Below, piece by piece: positions 1-11,776 of a stretch of DNA of 64,000 nt (its first letter is position 1; every line of letters starts with the position of its first letter). The notes under the pieces are model-generated. The model was not told the origin of the DNA. It did no database searches and saw nothing but the letters and a program-made list of their open reading frames with translations. Location of the stretch: NCBI GenBank assembly GCA_046046455.1, contig JBJOJS010000054.1:31434-95433 (forward strand), given 5' to 3'. Source of the DNA: Actinomycetota bacterium. Its GTDB lineage: Bacteria; Actinomycetota; Actinomycetes; S36-B12. Position numbers and translations under genes: made by a program.

Positions 1-33
1 CGCTGGATGACCCCGAGGTCTAGGCTGACGAGC

Positions 34-1257
34 GTGGAAACAGGCCCGCACGTGCTGGGAATCGTGCTCGCAGGAGGCGCGGGCAAGCGACTCATGCCGC
101 TCACGGCCGACCGCGCCAAGCCCGCCGTGCCCTTCGGCGGGAGCTATCGACTCATCGACTTCGCCCTGTCCAATTTGATCAACTCCGGTCTGCGTCGCGT
201 GGCTGTGCTCACGCAGTACAAGTCGCACTCCCTGGACCGGCACATCACCACCACCTGGCGCCTCTCACCTCTTCTCGGCGACTACGTCACGGCGGTCCCG
301 GCCCAGCAGCGTCTCGGGCCTCGCTGGTTCACGGGCAGCGCGGATGCGATCTTCCAGAGCCTGAACCTCATCAACGACGAGCGGCCCGACTACGTCGCGG
401 TCTTCGGAGCCGACCACGTCTATCGCATGGACCCCATGCAGATGGTCCAGGCTCATATCGACTCCGGTGCGGCGGTGACGGTGGCGGGCATCCGCCAGCC
501 GCGAGCCCTCGCACATCAGTTCGGCGTCATCGATACCGCCGAGGACGGCGTACGCATCCGTCGCTTCCTCGAAAAGCCCGCCGACCCGCCGGGCATCCCC
601 GGTGCGGAGGATGAGTCCTACGTCTCGATGGGCAACTACATCTTCACGACGGAAGCCCTCATCGAGGCCTTGCGCGCAGACGCAGCCGATGAGGGGTCGG
701 TGCACGACATGGGCGGCAACATCATCCCCATGCTCGTGGACCAGGGCCGAGCCTGCGTCTACGACTTCGCACTCAATGAGGTCCCCGGTGCCACCGATCG
801 GGATCGCGGCTACTGGCGCGATGTGGGGACCCTCGACGCCTACCACGATGCGCACATGGACCTGGTGTCCGTGCACCCGATCTTCAATCTCTACAACCGG
901 CGCTGGCCCATCCTCACCAATCACCCGTCCCTGCCCCCGGCGAAGTTCGTGGAGGGCGGCAACGCCCACGAGTCCATGGTGGGCACCGGGTCGATCATCG
1001 CCGGAGCCCATGTGCGCGGCTCGGTCGTCGCCTTCGACGTGCAGGTGCAGGGAGGCGCCTACATCGAGGGGTCGGTGATCCTGCCCGGAGTGCGCATCGG
1101 ACGAAACGCCGTCATCCGCAACGCCATCCTGGACAAGAACGTCATCGTCCCCGACGGTGCGCAGATCGGCGTGGACATCGAGCGTGACCGTGAGCTCTAT
1201 ACCGTGAGCGACGCCGGGATCGTCGTTCTCGGCAAGGGCGTCACGGCGGTGGTCTGA
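34..1257 (+). CDS. glgC: Glucose-1-phosphate adenylyltransferase
   Basis: Motifs [45 protein letters not shown] and YWRDVGT. Start GTG 34 chosen because TAGGCT (21-26) lies 7 nt upstream; ORF track starts at 7. Confidence 0.96.
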   Translation: METGPHVLGIVLAGGAGKRLMPLTADRAKPAVPFGGSYRLIDFALSNLINSGLRRVAVLTQYKSHSLDRHITTTWRLSPLLGDYVTAVPAQQRLGPRWFTGSADAIFQSLNLINDERPDYVAVFGADHVYRMDPMQMVQAHIDSGAAVTVAGIRQPRALAHQFGVIDTAEDGVRIRRFLEKPADPPGIPGAEDESYVSMGNYIFTTEALIEALRADAADEGSVHDMGGNIIPMLVDQGRACVYDFALNEVPGATDRDRGYWRDVGTLDAYHDAHMDLVSVHPIFNLYNRRWPILTNHPSLPPAKFVEGGNAHESMVGTGSIIAGAHVRGSVVAFDVQVQGGAYIEGSVILPGVRIGRNAVIRNAILDKNVIVPDGAQIGVDIERDRELYTVSDAGIVVLGKGVTAVV

Positions 1258-2036
1258 TGGCGCGGGCCGTCGTCACGGGTGCGGGCCGCGGACTCGGTGC
1301 CGCCATCGTCGAGCGACTGCGTGCCTCCGGCTATGACGTCATCGCGACTGATGTGACTGGAGGCGACGAGTATCTCGACGTGCGCGACGCCGATGCCTGC
1401 CGTGCGCTGGCTCGGGCCGTGCAGCCGGATGTCTGGATCAACAATGCTGGCATCCTGGGAGCGGGTGATGCCGCGACTCAGATGGACGACACGCTCGAAT
1501 CAGTGGTCGCGGTCAACCTGCTCGGGGTCATGCACGGCACCCGTGCGGCGGTGGAGGTCATGCGGCAGCGCGACGGCGGGCGTGGCCGTGGTCATGTCAT
1601 CAACGTCGGCTCGCTCGCCTCGTGGGTGCCGGTGCCGGGCGAGTGCGTCTACGCCGCGACGAAGGCGGGCGTGCTCTCCTTCACTCTCGGCCTCGAGGGT
1701 GAACTGCGTGCGCAGGGTGTCACCGGGATCCACTTCACCGTGCTCTGCCCCGACGGCATGCTCACCCCGATGATCACCGAGGTCATCGACGACCCGGCGG
1801 TCGCCATGACCTTCACGGGCGTGCGTCCGGTGACAGCGGAGAAGGTCGCGGATGCCGCGGTGCGCGCGCTGCGCAGGCCTCGCCGTGTGGTGAGCGTGCC
1901 GCACTGGCGCGGGGCCCAGGTGCGTCTCATCAGCGCAGTGCCCGATCTCGTGCTGCGGGCGGCGCCGCTCTTCACGCGGCTGGGTCGGGCTCAGCAGGAT
2001 CGGATGAGACGAGCACTCGAATCTGCTCGACGCTGA
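1257..2036 (+). CDS. Short-chain dehydrogenase/reductase (SDR)
   Basis: TGAGRGLG, NNAGI, NVGS and YAATK motifs; TGATG overlap with glgC. Confidence 0.92.
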   Translation: MARAVVTGAGRGLGAAIVERLRASGYDVIATDVTGGDEYLDVRDADACRALARAVQPDVWINNAGILGAGDAATQMDDTLESVVAVNLLGVMHGTRAAVEVMRQRDGGRGRGHVINVGSLASWVPVPGECVYAATKAGVLSFTLGLEGELRAQGVTGIHFTVLCPDGMLTPMITEVIDDPAVAMTFTGVRPVTAEKVADAAVRALRRPRRVVSVPHWRGAQVRLISAVPDLVLRAAPLFTRLGRAQQDRMRRALESARR

Positions 2037-2202
2037 CATCGGCGTCGGCGTACAGCAGCGCGTGATCGCGCGCCTCCTCGCGTGCTGCCGCCTCCGTCAC
2101 GCGTGCCGTGCCGATCCAGCCGCAGGAGCAGTGAGGCAGCATGAAGCGCCCCTTGCGCGCGAGCGACACCTGATGCTCGGGTTCGCGGATGCCGGCTGTC
2201 AC
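1972..2202 (-). CDS. Small hypothetical protein with H...CxCGW...H motif (76 aa)
   Basis: 3' part of ORF 1972..2445. GTG 2202 has TACGTT 6 nt upstream. Sequence includes EHQV...PHCSCGW...ARDH. Overlaps the SDR 3' end by 65 nt. Confidence 0.6.
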   Translation of the reverse strand: MTAGIREPEHQVSLARKGRFMLPHCSCGWIGTARVTEAAAREEARDHALLYADADVSVEQIRVLVSSDPAEPDPAA

Positions 2203-2489
2203 GGCCGCAACGTATTCGGTGGGGATGTCGCGGGAGTGAGGCGCGGCTGAATGCAAGGTGAACGCCGGTCGCAGGCTGCAGGTGATCTTCAAGCGGACGG
2301 TCTCGGCAGCCTGCCGTGCCCGTGTGGGCGACCGCCCGGGCCCCGAACTTTGGGACAAAAGTGTCGTCTGTCGGCCGAATTCGCCCAGAGTTCGCCGGAC
2401 CGGATCGGGGACGGCGCGATCGCGTGAGGACCACGCGGTCGCCACGACCAGGCGCGCTGCAGGGCCGCTCCTGTCGTAGCGTGGGGGTC

Positions 2490-2960
2490 ATGACGCAGGT
2501 CGAGGTCGTAGACACCGGATCCCCGTGGATCATCTCCCGTTCGATCGTCGTCGAGGCACCGGCGGACAGGATCTTCGAGCTCCTTGCGGATCCGCGCCGT
2601 CACTGCGACTTCGACGGCTCGGGATCGGTCCGAGGAGCTGTCTCGGGCCCGCAGAGGCTCTCCCTCGGCGCGAAGTTCGGCATGGACATGAAGCTGGGAG
2701 TGCCCTACCGCGTGAGCAGCCAGGTCAAGGAGTTCGAGGAGGGCCGGCGCATCGCCTGGGCCCACATCGGCGGCCACCGGTGGCGCTACGAGCTCGAGCC
2801 AGTGGACGGGACCACGACCCGGGTAACGGAGACCTTCGACGCGACGACGGCGCGCTCGGCTCGGGCGCTCAAACTCATGGATGCCTACAACCGCAACACG
2901 CGTGCGATCGAGGAGACGCTGCCGCGGCTGGCGGCACTTGCTGAGGGGGAGGGGCAGTGA
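2490..2960 (+). CDS. SRPBCC (polyketide cyclase/START-like) family protein
   Basis: SRSIVVEAPADRIFELLADP...IAW...HRWRYELEP...TRVTETFD; TAGCGT 7 nt before ATG 2490. Confidence 0.85.
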   Translation: MTQVEVVDTGSPWIISRSIVVEAPADRIFELLADPRRHCDFDGSGSVRGAVSGPQRLSLGAKFGMDMKLGVPYRVSSQVKEFEEGRRIAWAHIGGHRWRYELEPVDGTTTRVTETFDATTARSARALKLMDAYNRNTRAIEETLPRLAALAEGEGQ

Positions 2961-3163
2961 CGACCACGACCTATCGGGTGACCGGCATGACCTGCGATCA
3001 CTGCGTCCGCGCGGTGACGACCGAGCTCGTGCTCGTGCCCGGGGTGCGCAGCGTCGATATCGATCTCGCCGACGGCGCCGTGACCGTGACAAGCGACGGC
3101 CCCCTGGACCTCGAGGAGGTCCGGGAGGCCGTCGATGAAGCCGGATACGCGCTGGCGGACTAG
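2957..3163 (+). CDS. copZ: Heavy-metal-associated (CopZ-like) chaperone
   Basis: GMTCDHC metal motif and C-terminal VDEAGY; 68 aa. Confidence 0.88.
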   Translation: MTTTTYRVTGMTCDHCVRAVTTELVLVPGVRSVDIDLADGAVTVTSDGPLDLEEVREAVDEAGYALAD

Positions 3164-3167
3164 CGGC

Positions 3168-4088
3168 TCAGCCGAAGCGGCCCGAGATGTAGTCCTCGGT
3201 GCGCGGATCGTGCGGGGCGGTGAAGATCCGCCGGGTCGGGCCATACTCCACGAGCCGTCCGTGGCGGACGCCGTTGGCATCGACATCCGCGGTGAAGAAC
3301 GCCGTGCGCTCCGAGACGCGGGCCGCCTGCTGCATGTTGTGCGTCACGATGACGATCGTGTAGTCCTTCGCCAGCTCCTTCATGAGGTCCTCGATCTTCG
3401 CCGTGGCGATGGGATCGAGGGACGCGCAAGGCTCGTCCATGAGGATGACCTCGGGCTTCACGGCGATGCAGCGTGCGATGACCAGGCGCTGCTGCTGGCC
3501 GCCGGAGAGGGCGTAGGCGCTCTTCTTGAGATCGTCCTTGACCTCGTCCCAGAGTGCGGCCTTGGTGAGGCACTCCTCGACGAGATCGTCCATGTTGACC
3601 TTCATGCCGTTGACCTTGGGGCCGTAGGCGACGTTCTCGTAGATCGACTTGGGGAAGACATTGGGCTTCTGGAAGACCATGCCGATGCGACGGCGCACCT
3701 CGATGGGATCCACCTCGGGCGCGTAGATGTCGAAGCCGTGGTAGGCGAGGAGCCCCTCGACGCGCGCACCCGGGATGAGGTCGTTCATCCGATTGAAGCT
3801 GCGCAGCAGGGTCGACTTGCCGCAGCCCGACGGCCCGATGAATGCCGTGATCTCATTGCGGCCGATCTGCATCGTGACGTCGCGCACGGCCTGGAAGTCG
3901 CCGTAGTAGACCTGCACGTTGGCGAGGTCGAAGACGATGTTGGACACGGCCTCGGGGATCTCGGCGCCCTCGAGCACGGCGGAGACGTCCATGCGTCCGG
4001 TGTTGGCCAGGTCGCTGGTGGACTGGGGGGCGTCGGGATCGTGGATTTCGCTCATCGTCCTACTCGTCTGGGTTGTCCTGCTCATCAT
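3168..4088 (-). CDS. pstB: Phosphate ABC transporter ATPase
   Basis: [30 protein letters not shown] and DEPCASLDP; start may be slightly downstream. Confidence 0.96.
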   Translation of the reverse strand: MMSRTTQTSRTMSEIHDPDAPQSTSDLANTGRMDVSAVLEGAEIPEAVSNIVFDLANVQVYYGDFQAVRDVTMQIGRNEITAFIGPSGCGKSTLLRSFNRMNDLIPGARVEGLLAYHGFDIYAPEVDPIEVRRRIGMVFQKPNVFPKSIYENVAYGPKVNGMKVNMDDLVEECLTKAALWDEVKDDLKKSAYALSGGQQQRLVIARCIAVKPEVILMDEPCASLDPIATAKIEDLMKELAKDYTIVIVTHNMQQAARVSERTAFFTADVDANGVRHGRLVEYGPTRRIFTAPHDPRTEDYISGRFG

Positions 4089-4089
4089 G

Positions 4090-4988
4090 TCACCAGCGCT
4101 TCTGGGTTCGGTTGCGGATCAGGATGGCCACGGCGTTCATCGCCAGCAGGATCACCAGGAGGAGGACGATCGTGGCGGAGGCGAGGATCTGGAACTCCTC
4201 GCGCGACTCCTTGGTCCAGTTGAAGATCTGGATCGGAAGGGTCGTGTAGGCGGAGAAGGGACCCGTGGGGTTGAAGGAGATGAAGGTGACCGCCCCGAGG
4301 AGGAGTAGCGGAGCTGCCTCTCCGATCGCGCGGGAGAGGGCCAGGATGGTGCCCGTGGCCATGCCGGGGATGGCGGCCGGCATCGTCTGACGCCAGGTCG
4401 TCTGCCACAGAGTGGCACCGAGGGCCAGGGAACCGTGGCGGATGTTCTGCGGCACGGCCCGCAGGGCCTCGCGTGTCGACACGATGATGACGGGAAGCAC
4501 TAGCAGGGCCAGGGTGAGCCCCGCGGTGATCACGGACTGACCGAGAGAGAGCGCTCGCGCGAAGATCGCCAGGCCGAGGATGCCGTAGACGATCGAGGGC
4601 ACCGCGGCGAGATTCTGGATGTTGATCTCGACGAAGCGCGTGAAGCGACTCGTGGGGTTGGCGTATTCCTCCATGTAGACCGCGCCGAGGAAGCCGACCG
4701 GCAGCGCGAAGAGCGCGGTGAAGGCAATGACCCACAGCGTGCCGGTGATGGCGGACTGGGCTCCGGCCTGCTCGGGCCTGCGCAGGGACGGCATGTTCTC
4801 CCACAGGGTGGGGGTGAGCCGCGGCCAGCCCTTGATCGTCACGTAAGTGAGCAGCACGATCAGGAAGATGATGCCCACGGCGAGGCACAGGAAGAGGATC
4901 CAGCGGAAGGTCTTGTCGACGAGCGGCTGCCCCTTGCCCTCGAGATCGATGGGGGCGGAGGCAGCGGCTGGGGGGGTGAGCGTCGTGG

Positions 4989-4992
<4 letters not shown>
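4090..4992 (-). CDS. pstA: Phosphate ABC transporter permease PstA
   Basis: [18 protein letters not shown]...[15 protein letters not shown]; order within the operon. Confidence 0.95.
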
Positions 4993-5927
<935 letters not shown>

Positions 5928-5961
5928 GTGGGCAACCTATCCGGGTGGTGACGTCCGCGGA

Positions 5962-6921
5962 TCAGGAGCCGGTCAGTGCGGCGTAGTCAGACTGGAGCTT
6001 GGCCTTCTGCTCCTCGTTGAGAGGAATGAAGAGCGCATCGGCCGCGATCGTGGCGTCGTTGGCGACGTAGTAGTCGAAGAACGCCTTCACCTCGGGCCGA
6101 GCGAGCGCCTGCTTGGACGGGTAGATGAAGAGCGGGCGGGAGAGCGGCGTGTAGCTGCCGTCCTGCGCGGTCTCGACGCTCGGTGCGACGCAGCCGGCGC
6201 CGCTGTCGATCTGTACCGCGGTGAGCTTGTCGGCGTTCTCCTCGTAGTACGTGAAGCCGAAGTAGCCCAGGCCGCCCTGGGAGCCGCTCACGCCCTGCAC
6301 CGTGACGTTGTCATCCTCGGTGGGGGTGTAGTCGGTGCGGCTTGCACCCTCCTCGCCGTTGATGGCGTCGGTGAAGTAGTCGAAGGTGCCCGAGTCGGTG
6401 CCCGCGCCGAAGAGCTCCAGCGGGACATCGGGGAAGTCGGCGCGGACCTCGTTCCAGTTCTTGACCGTGGAATCCGGGCCCCAGATCTTGGCCAACTCCT
6501 CGACGGTGAGGCAGGTGGCCCAGGTGTTCTCCTTGTTGACGACCACGGTGAGGGCGTCGACGGCGACCTGCAGCCCGGCGTACTGGATCCCGGCTGCCTC
6601 GCATGCCGCGGCCTCCTCCTCCTTGATGGAGCGCGAGGCGTCGTTGGCGTCGGTCTCGCCGCGGCAGAACTTCTCGAAGCCACCGCCGGTGCCCGACGAG
6701 CCCACGGTGACCTGGACGCCGGGGTTGGCGGCCATGAAGTCCTCGGCCGCGAGCGCCGTGAGGGGGTAGACGGTCGAGGAGCCGTCGATGCGGACGGAGC
6801 CGCTCAGGTTGGGGTCACCCGAGGCGCTGGAGTCGCTGCTCGAGCCACCGCCGCAGGCGGCGAGCACGAGGGCGCTAGAGATGGCGAGTGCCGCGAGGGC
6901 GGCGGTGCGGGTGCGAGTCAC
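5962..6921 (-). CDS. pstS: Phosphate-binding lipoprotein PstS
   Basis: Lipobox LAAC; DGSSTV, SGTGGG, SGTFDYF and YTPLSRPLF. GTG 6921 follows AGGAGG. The 773-aa ORF is a spurious upstream extension. Confidence 0.94.
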   Translation of the reverse strand: MTRTRTAALAALAISSALVLAACGGGSSSDSSASGDPNLSGSVRIDGSSTVYPLTALAAEDFMAANPGVQVTVGSSGTGGGFEKFCRGETDANDASRSIKEEEAAACEAAGIQYAGLQVAVDALTVVVNKENTWATCLTVEELAKIWGPDSTVKNWNEVRADFPDVPLELFGAGTDSGTFDYFTDAINGEEGASRTDYTPTEDDNVTVQGVSGSQGGLGYFGFTYYEENADKLTAVQIDSGAGCVAPSVETAQDGSYTPLSRPLFIYPSKQALARPEVKAFFDYYVANDATIAADALFIPLNEEQKAKLQSDYAALTGS

Positions 6922-6958
6922 CCTGGTCCTCCTGTGAGTTGATGACGGGACGCCTCGA

Positions 6959-7035
6959 AACCTAGGAAGCCCGGATGACCCGGCAGCGGGGTAAAGGTGA
7001 ACGGAGGGTGAACTCAGCAGGGCGGGCCGATGAAC
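6959..7035 (-). promoter_or_regulatory. pstS promoter with PHO-box direct repeats
   Basis: Minus-strand units GTTCATC (7035), GTTCACC (7013), GTTCACC (7002) and GGTCATC (6980), all in 11-nt phase; -10 TAGGTT at 6964-6959. Confidence 0.8.
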
Positions 7036-7037
7036 CC

Positions 7038-7952
7038 TCAATCCCGGGAGACGGCATGGCGCTCGACGGCGAGCACGGTCGGCTCCTCGGCGTCGTCGGG
7101 GAAGTGCCGGTGGACGACGAGGAATCCCCCGGGGGAGAGCTTGGGGTCGAGGTCGAAGGAGCCGGTGATGCGCAGGCCAGCGATGGTCTCCACCAGGGCG
7201 GGGAGGACCGGACGGTGCGTGCACACGACCAGGGGGCGAGGGTCGAGGAGGAGCTCGCGCATACGCCGCACGGCACGCTTGGGCCGCTCGACGTAGGACT
7301 CCTCGCTGAGCGCGGGCTCCAACTCGATGTCGGCGTCGATCGACTTCGCGTAGCGCTTGACGGTCTCGCGGCAGCGTGTCGCGTCGGATGAGTGCACGCG
7401 CTCGATGCCGTATGCGGCGAGCATGGGGACGAGGGCCTTGGCCTGCGACCTGCCCTTGCCCGACAGTGGCCGCTCGGCGTCGAACTTGCCGTTGAAGTCC
7501 GCGCGTTTGAGGGCCTGGGTGTGCCGGAGCAGGATGAGCGGAGTGCTGGGGGGGAGTGCCACGGCATCGCGCACGAGGTCCCCGTCGCGCGGGTAGGTGA
7601 GGCGCGCGACCGCAGCGTCTGCCGGGAGCCACTCGACCGACTCCACCTCGTCGTCGGGAGCGAAGCCCTCGTCGGAGCCGACGCGAGCGGACCAGTAGTC
7701 GACGACCTTGGGCGCTCCCAGCGCGATGTACTCCTGACGAGCCAGGGGTGGTCCCAGGACGGGGACGATCCCGGTCTCCTCGTCGCACTCGCGGACGGCG
7801 GCGACGACGTGGTGCTCGCCGGGATCGAGCTTGCCCTTCGGCAGCGACCAGTCGGCCCGCAGGCCCCGGCGGATGACCGCGACCTCGGGGCCGGTGGCCC
7901 CCTCGCGCACGACGACCACGCCCGCGGCCCGCACGACCTCCGAGTCGGTCAT
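7038..7952 (-). CDS. mutT1: NUDIX hydrolase fused to a histidine-phosphatase-like domain (MutT1-type)
   Basis: Nudix box WSLPKGKLDPGE...AAVRECDEETG; second domain LILLRHTQA...RPLS...SSDATRCRETV...CTH. Confidence 0.88.
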   Translation of the reverse strand: MTDSEVVRAAGVVVVREGATGPEVAVIRRGLRADWSLPKGKLDPGEHHVVAAVRECDEETGIVPVLGPPLARQEYIALGAPKVVDYWSARVGSDEGFAPDDEVESVEWLPADAAVARLTYPRDGDLVRDAVALPPSTPLILLRHTQALKRADFNGKFDAERPLSGKGRSQAKALVPMLAAYGIERVHSSDATRCRETVKRYAKSIDADIELEPALSEESYVERPKRAVRRMRELLLDPRPLVVCTHRPVLPALVETIAGLRITGSFDLDPKLSPGGFLVVHRHFPDDAEEPTVLAVERHAVSRD

Positions 7953-8023
7953 AGGGGGCAGTCTGGACTACAAAAGTGAACAGGGGGGCGGGAGTGCCGA
8001 ATCCCCGGTCTGGGAGCTCAGCG

Positions 8024-9529
8024 TCAGGCCACGCCCGCCCGGTGGGCTGCCCGGTGCACGGAGGGCCACAGGTCCAGGAAGGAGTCCCGGTCAGCCATCT
8101 CGGCGGCCTCCTCGGCCGCGAGCAGCCGGCCGAGGGCGAAGGCCGCCTCAGGATCCGCATCGGCGACGAGGGCCCGCAGGGTCGCCTGGGCGACGTGGGC
8201 GTCCTGGTGGTGACCGAGCACCTCGGTGACGTCGGCGAGCCGCTCGGCGAGGCGGGCCATGTCGTGGCCGAGGACGGGGGCAACCGCGTCCGCGGCGTAG
8301 CGGGCGCGCTTCGCGGCGATGCGGGCCTCGTGCCAGACCGAGCTGGGCGTAGCCGGCTCCAGGTCGGCGACCCGGCGGTCGAGTCGGCGGAAGGCCTTGG
8401 CCACGAGCGGCGGTAGGACGTCCTCTGCCGGCTCCGCGGCGAGATGGGTGAGCGGGGGGCGGCGTACGCCGTCGACGAGCAACTCCAGGAGCCGGACGTA
8501 GCGATCGGAGTCGACCACGGCGCGCACCTCGGCCTCGGCCTCGTCCATGCGGCGGCCGAGGCTCGCGTCGATGACCGCGCGTGCGCGTGGGGCGTCGTCG
8601 TCGCCGAGTGCGGCGGCGTCGACGTCGAGGCGCTCGCGCAGGACCTCCGTGTCGCGCGCAGCGCCCAGGCCCGAGGCCATCCAGCCGAGATCGGAGCGCA
8701 GGTCGCGTGCCCACTCCTCGTCGAGCAGGGACTCGAAGACCTTGAGGCCGCTGCGGAGCCGGCGCGCGCTCACGCGCATCTGGTGCACGGCGTCGGGCAG
8801 GTCACGGCGTAGCAGCAGGTCGGCGAGCAGGAGGCGCCGACAGTGCAGCGCGAGGTAGGCGCTCACGACGTCGCCGGCCGGGGCATCAGCGGGTGGCCAG
8901 GGCAACTCCGCCACGTCCGGCGGCACCGCGGCCCGCGGGCCGAGCGCTGCCCCGGCCTTGCTCATCGTGCCGGGCACGGCGCCTGCAGCGAGGAGAGCGT
9001 CACCCACCTGTCTCAGGAGTGCGTCGTCCGAGGGGTCCGCGAGCGCCTCGGCCTCGATCTCGCGGAAGCGCGTGGCGATGCGGTCCCCCTCCATCACCGA
9101 CACCGTGTCGTCGACGACCTCGATGACGGCAGACCCGGATGCATCGAGGAGCAGTCGCGGAGTCCGTTCCGTCTGCAGCGCGGCGACCGGGCCCAGAGAC
9201 TCGCTCCGCGAGAAGGCGCGCACCAGGCGCGCGAGCTCGGCCGGGAGGGTGTCGGACAGCGGTGCTCTCACCTCGTCGCGCACGCCTTCGCCCGCGCCCT
9301 GCACCGGCAGCTTGAGGTGCCAGCCCTCATCGGGGCCGCCCTCGCGTCGCCGCAGGGTGATGCCCCAGCGGAAGAGCCTGAGGTCGGACGTGTCGTAGTA
9401 GACGTTGGCCATCACGAAGGTGGGGCGCGTCTCGACTCGCGAGACGCCGGCCACCTCGGCGAGATCCGGGAGAGCGAAGGCGCCGTTCACCCGGAACTTC
9501 AACTCCACCTCGCGGTGGGCCGTCGTCAT
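8024..9529 (-). CDS. CYTH + CHAD domain protein (polyphosphate-associated)
   Basis: N-terminal EVELKF, YYDT, LRRREGG and FREIEAE (CYTH); HQMRVSARRLRS, HEARIAAKRARY and LGHHQD (CHAD); next to ppk1. Confidence 0.9.
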   Translation of the reverse strand: MTTAHREVELKFRVNGAFALPDLAEVAGVSRVETRPTFVMANVYYDTSDLRLFRWGITLRRREGGPDEGWHLKLPVQGAGEGVRDEVRAPLSDTLPAELARLVRAFSRSESLGPVAALQTERTPRLLLDASGSAVIEVVDDTVSVMEGDRIATRFREIEAEALADPSDDALLRQVGDALLAAGAVPGTMSKAGAALGPRAAVPPDVAELPWPPADAPAGDVVSAYLALHCRRLLLADLLLRRDLPDAVHQMRVSARRLRSGLKVFESLLDEEWARDLRSDLGWMASGLGAARDTEVLRERLDVDAAALGDDDAPRARAVIDASLGRRMDEAEAEVRAVVDSDRYVRLLELLVDGVRRPPLTHLAAEPAEDVLPPLVAKAFRRLDRRVADLEPATPSSVWHEARIAAKRARYAADAVAPVLGHDMARLAERLADVTEVLGHHQDAHVAQATLRALVADADPEAAFALGRLLAAEEAAEMADRDSFLDLWPSVHRAAHRAGVA

Positions 9530-9551
9530 GATGTCGCCGCCGCGTTGACGA

Positions 9552-11705
9552 TCACACGAGTCGGCCGCGGGTGCGATGCACCTCGATGAGTGTCTCCTGG
9601 AGATCGCGCAGCGGTCCGCCTTGGGGGCTGCGGGTGCGCCGCTGCCAGGAGCCATCGGAGCGCAGGTCCCATGCGGCAGTGCCGGGATCGAAGGCCAGGA
9701 GGAAGAGGGCGTTGACCTCGGCGATGTCCTCACGGGACTTCAGGCTCACCAGCGCCTCCACGCGGCGGTCGAGGTTGCGATGCATGAGGTCGGCGGAGCC
9801 GATCCACACCTCGGTGTCGCCGTCGTTGCAGAACTCGTAGGCCCGCGAGTGCTCCAGGAAGCGGCCGAGGATGCTGATGACCTCGATGTTGTCGCTCAGG
9901 CCGGGTACGCCGGGCCGCAGAGCGCAGATACCGCGCACCCAGACCTTCACGGGTACGCCGGCCTGGGATGCCCGGTAGAGCGCATCGATGATGCGCTCGT
10001 CGACCACGGCGTTGCACTTGAACCGGATGCCTGAGGGGAGTCCGGCCCGGGCATGCTCGATCTCGCGATCGATGCGCTCGATGAGGCCATTGCGGATCGA
10101 GTGCGGGGCGACCAGCAGCCGGTGGTAGTCGGTATTCATCGAGTAGCCCGATAGCACATTGAAGAGATCGGAGACATCCTCGCCGACCTGCCCGTCGCAG
10201 GTGAAGAGGCCGAAGTCCTCGTAGAGCCGTGCGGTCTTGGGGTGGTAGTTGCCCGTGCCGAGGTGGCAGTAGCGCCGCAGTCGATCACCGTCATCGCGCA
10301 CGACCATGGAGAGCTTGCAGTGCGTCTTGAGTCCGACGAGGCCGTAGACGACGTGGACGCCGGCCTCCTCGAGCTTCTTGCCCCAGTCGATGTTGTTCTG
10401 CTCGTCGAATCGTGCCTTGATCTCGACCAGGGCCAGCACCTGCTTGCCGTTGCGGGCCGCCTCGATGAGGGCCTTGACGATGGGGGAGTCGCCGCTGGTG
10501 CGGTAGAGGGTCTGCTTGATCGCGAGCACGTGCGGGTCGACGGCGGCTTGCTCGAGGAAGAGCTGGACCGAGGTCGAGAACGAGTCGTAGGGGTGGTGGA
10601 CGAGGACGTCCTTCTCACGCACCTCGGCGAAGATGTCGGGCGCGGACGCCGACTCGACCTCGGCGAGTGCGCGACTTGTGCGGGGCACGAAGCTCGGCTG
10701 CTTGAGGTCATCACGGTCGACGGCGTAGAGCGACCAGAGCCCGGTGAGGTCGAGCGGCCCGGGCAGGCGGAAGACCTCGGGCTCGCTCACGTCGAGTTCG
10801 TCCATGAGCAGCTCGAGCACATGCGGGTCGATGGAGCTCTCGACTTCAAGTCGCACGGCGGGGCCGAAGCGCCGTCGCGAGAGCTCTCGCTCGAGGGCCT
10901 TGAGGAGGTTCTCGGCGTCGTCCTCCTCGACCTCCACGTCCTCGTTGCGCGTCACGCGGAAGGTGTGGTGCTGGAGGATGTCCATGCCCGGGAAGAGCTC
11001 ATCGAGGTGGGCCGCGATCACGGACTCCAGGGGCACGAAGCGCTGAGCATCGACCTTGACGAAGCGAGGCAGCGACGGCGGCACCTTGACACGGGCGAAG
11101 AGCTCGGTGCCGGTCACGGGATTGCGCACCACCACGGCGAGGTTGAGCGAGAGTCCGCTGATGTAGGGGAAGGGGTGGCTCGGGTCCACCGCGAGCGGAG
11201 TGAGGACGGGGAAGACCCGCTGGTCGAAGAAGATGTCGAGCTCGGTGCGCTCGTCGGCGGTCAAGGACGCCCAATCGAGGATCTGTACGCCGTGAGCCGC
11301 GAGAGCGGGCCGCACCTGGTCGCGGAAGATCGTCGCCTGCTGCAGCTGCAGGAGGTGGGCGCGACTCCAGATCGACTCGAGTACCTCGCGGGGCGTCAGT
11401 CCGCTGGCCGCGCGTACGGCGATGCCGGTGGCGATGCGCCGCTTGAGCCCCGCGACACGCACCATGAAGAACTCATCGAGGTTGCTGGCGAAGATCGCGA
11501 TGAACTTCGCGCGCTCGAGGACCGGCAGATCGGGGTCCTCGGAGAGTTGGAGGACGCGCTCGTTGAAGGCGAGCCACGAGAGCTCGCGATCGAGGAAGCG
11601 ATCGGCCGGGAGCGGGCCTGTCTCGGCCTCGACGGCGGCCACGGCGGCGTCGTCCAACTCGACCTCGGCCTGGGGCAGATGGGCCTGGGGAGCGTCGGTG
11701 GACAT
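9552..11705 (-). CDS. ppk1: Polyphosphate kinase 1
   Basis: [48 protein letters not shown] and [14 protein letters not shown]. Confidence 0.97.
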   Translation of the reverse strand: MSTDAPQAHLPQAEVELDDAAVAAVEAETGPLPADRFLDRELSWLAFNERVLQLSEDPDLPVLERAKFIAIFASNLDEFFMVRVAGLKRRIATGIAVRAASGLTPREVLESIWSRAHLLQLQQATIFRDQVRPALAAHGVQILDWASLTADERTELDIFFDQRVFPVLTPLAVDPSHPFPYISGLSLNLAVVVRNPVTGTELFARVKVPPSLPRFVKVDAQRFVPLESVIAAHLDELFPGMDILQHHTFRVTRNEDVEVEEDDAENLLKALERELSRRRFGPAVRLEVESSIDPHVLELLMDELDVSEPEVFRLPGPLDLTGLWSLYAVDRDDLKQPSFVPRTSRALAEVESASAPDIFAEVREKDVLVHHPYDSFSTSVQLFLEQAAVDPHVLAIKQTLYRTSGDSPIVKALIEAARNGKQVLALVEIKARFDEQNNIDWGKKLEEAGVHVVYGLVGLKTHCKLSMVVRDDGDRLRRYCHLGTGNYHPKTARLYEDFGLFTCDGQVGEDVSDLFNVLSGYSMNTDYHRLLVAPHSIRNGLIERIDREIEHARAGLPSGIRFKCNAVVDERIIDALYRASQAGVPVKVWVRGICALRPGVPGLSDNIEVISILGRFLEHSRAYEFCNDGDTEVWIGSADLMHRNLDRRVEALVSLKSREDIAEVNALFLLAFDPGTAAWDLRSDGSWQRRTRSPQGGPLRDLQETLIEVHRTRGRLV

Positions 11706-11776
11706 GGCTCCATGGTCCCACAGGCGGATGAGCCCCGGGTTGACCGCGGATGACGCCCGAGGGAGTGTGGAGCGAA

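Noticed and set aside
6922-8283. N-terminal extension making PstS a 773-aa ORF
   Set aside because: It overlaps mutT1 and the CHAD gene in another frame. The RBS, PHO boxes and lipoprotein signal place the start at 6921.
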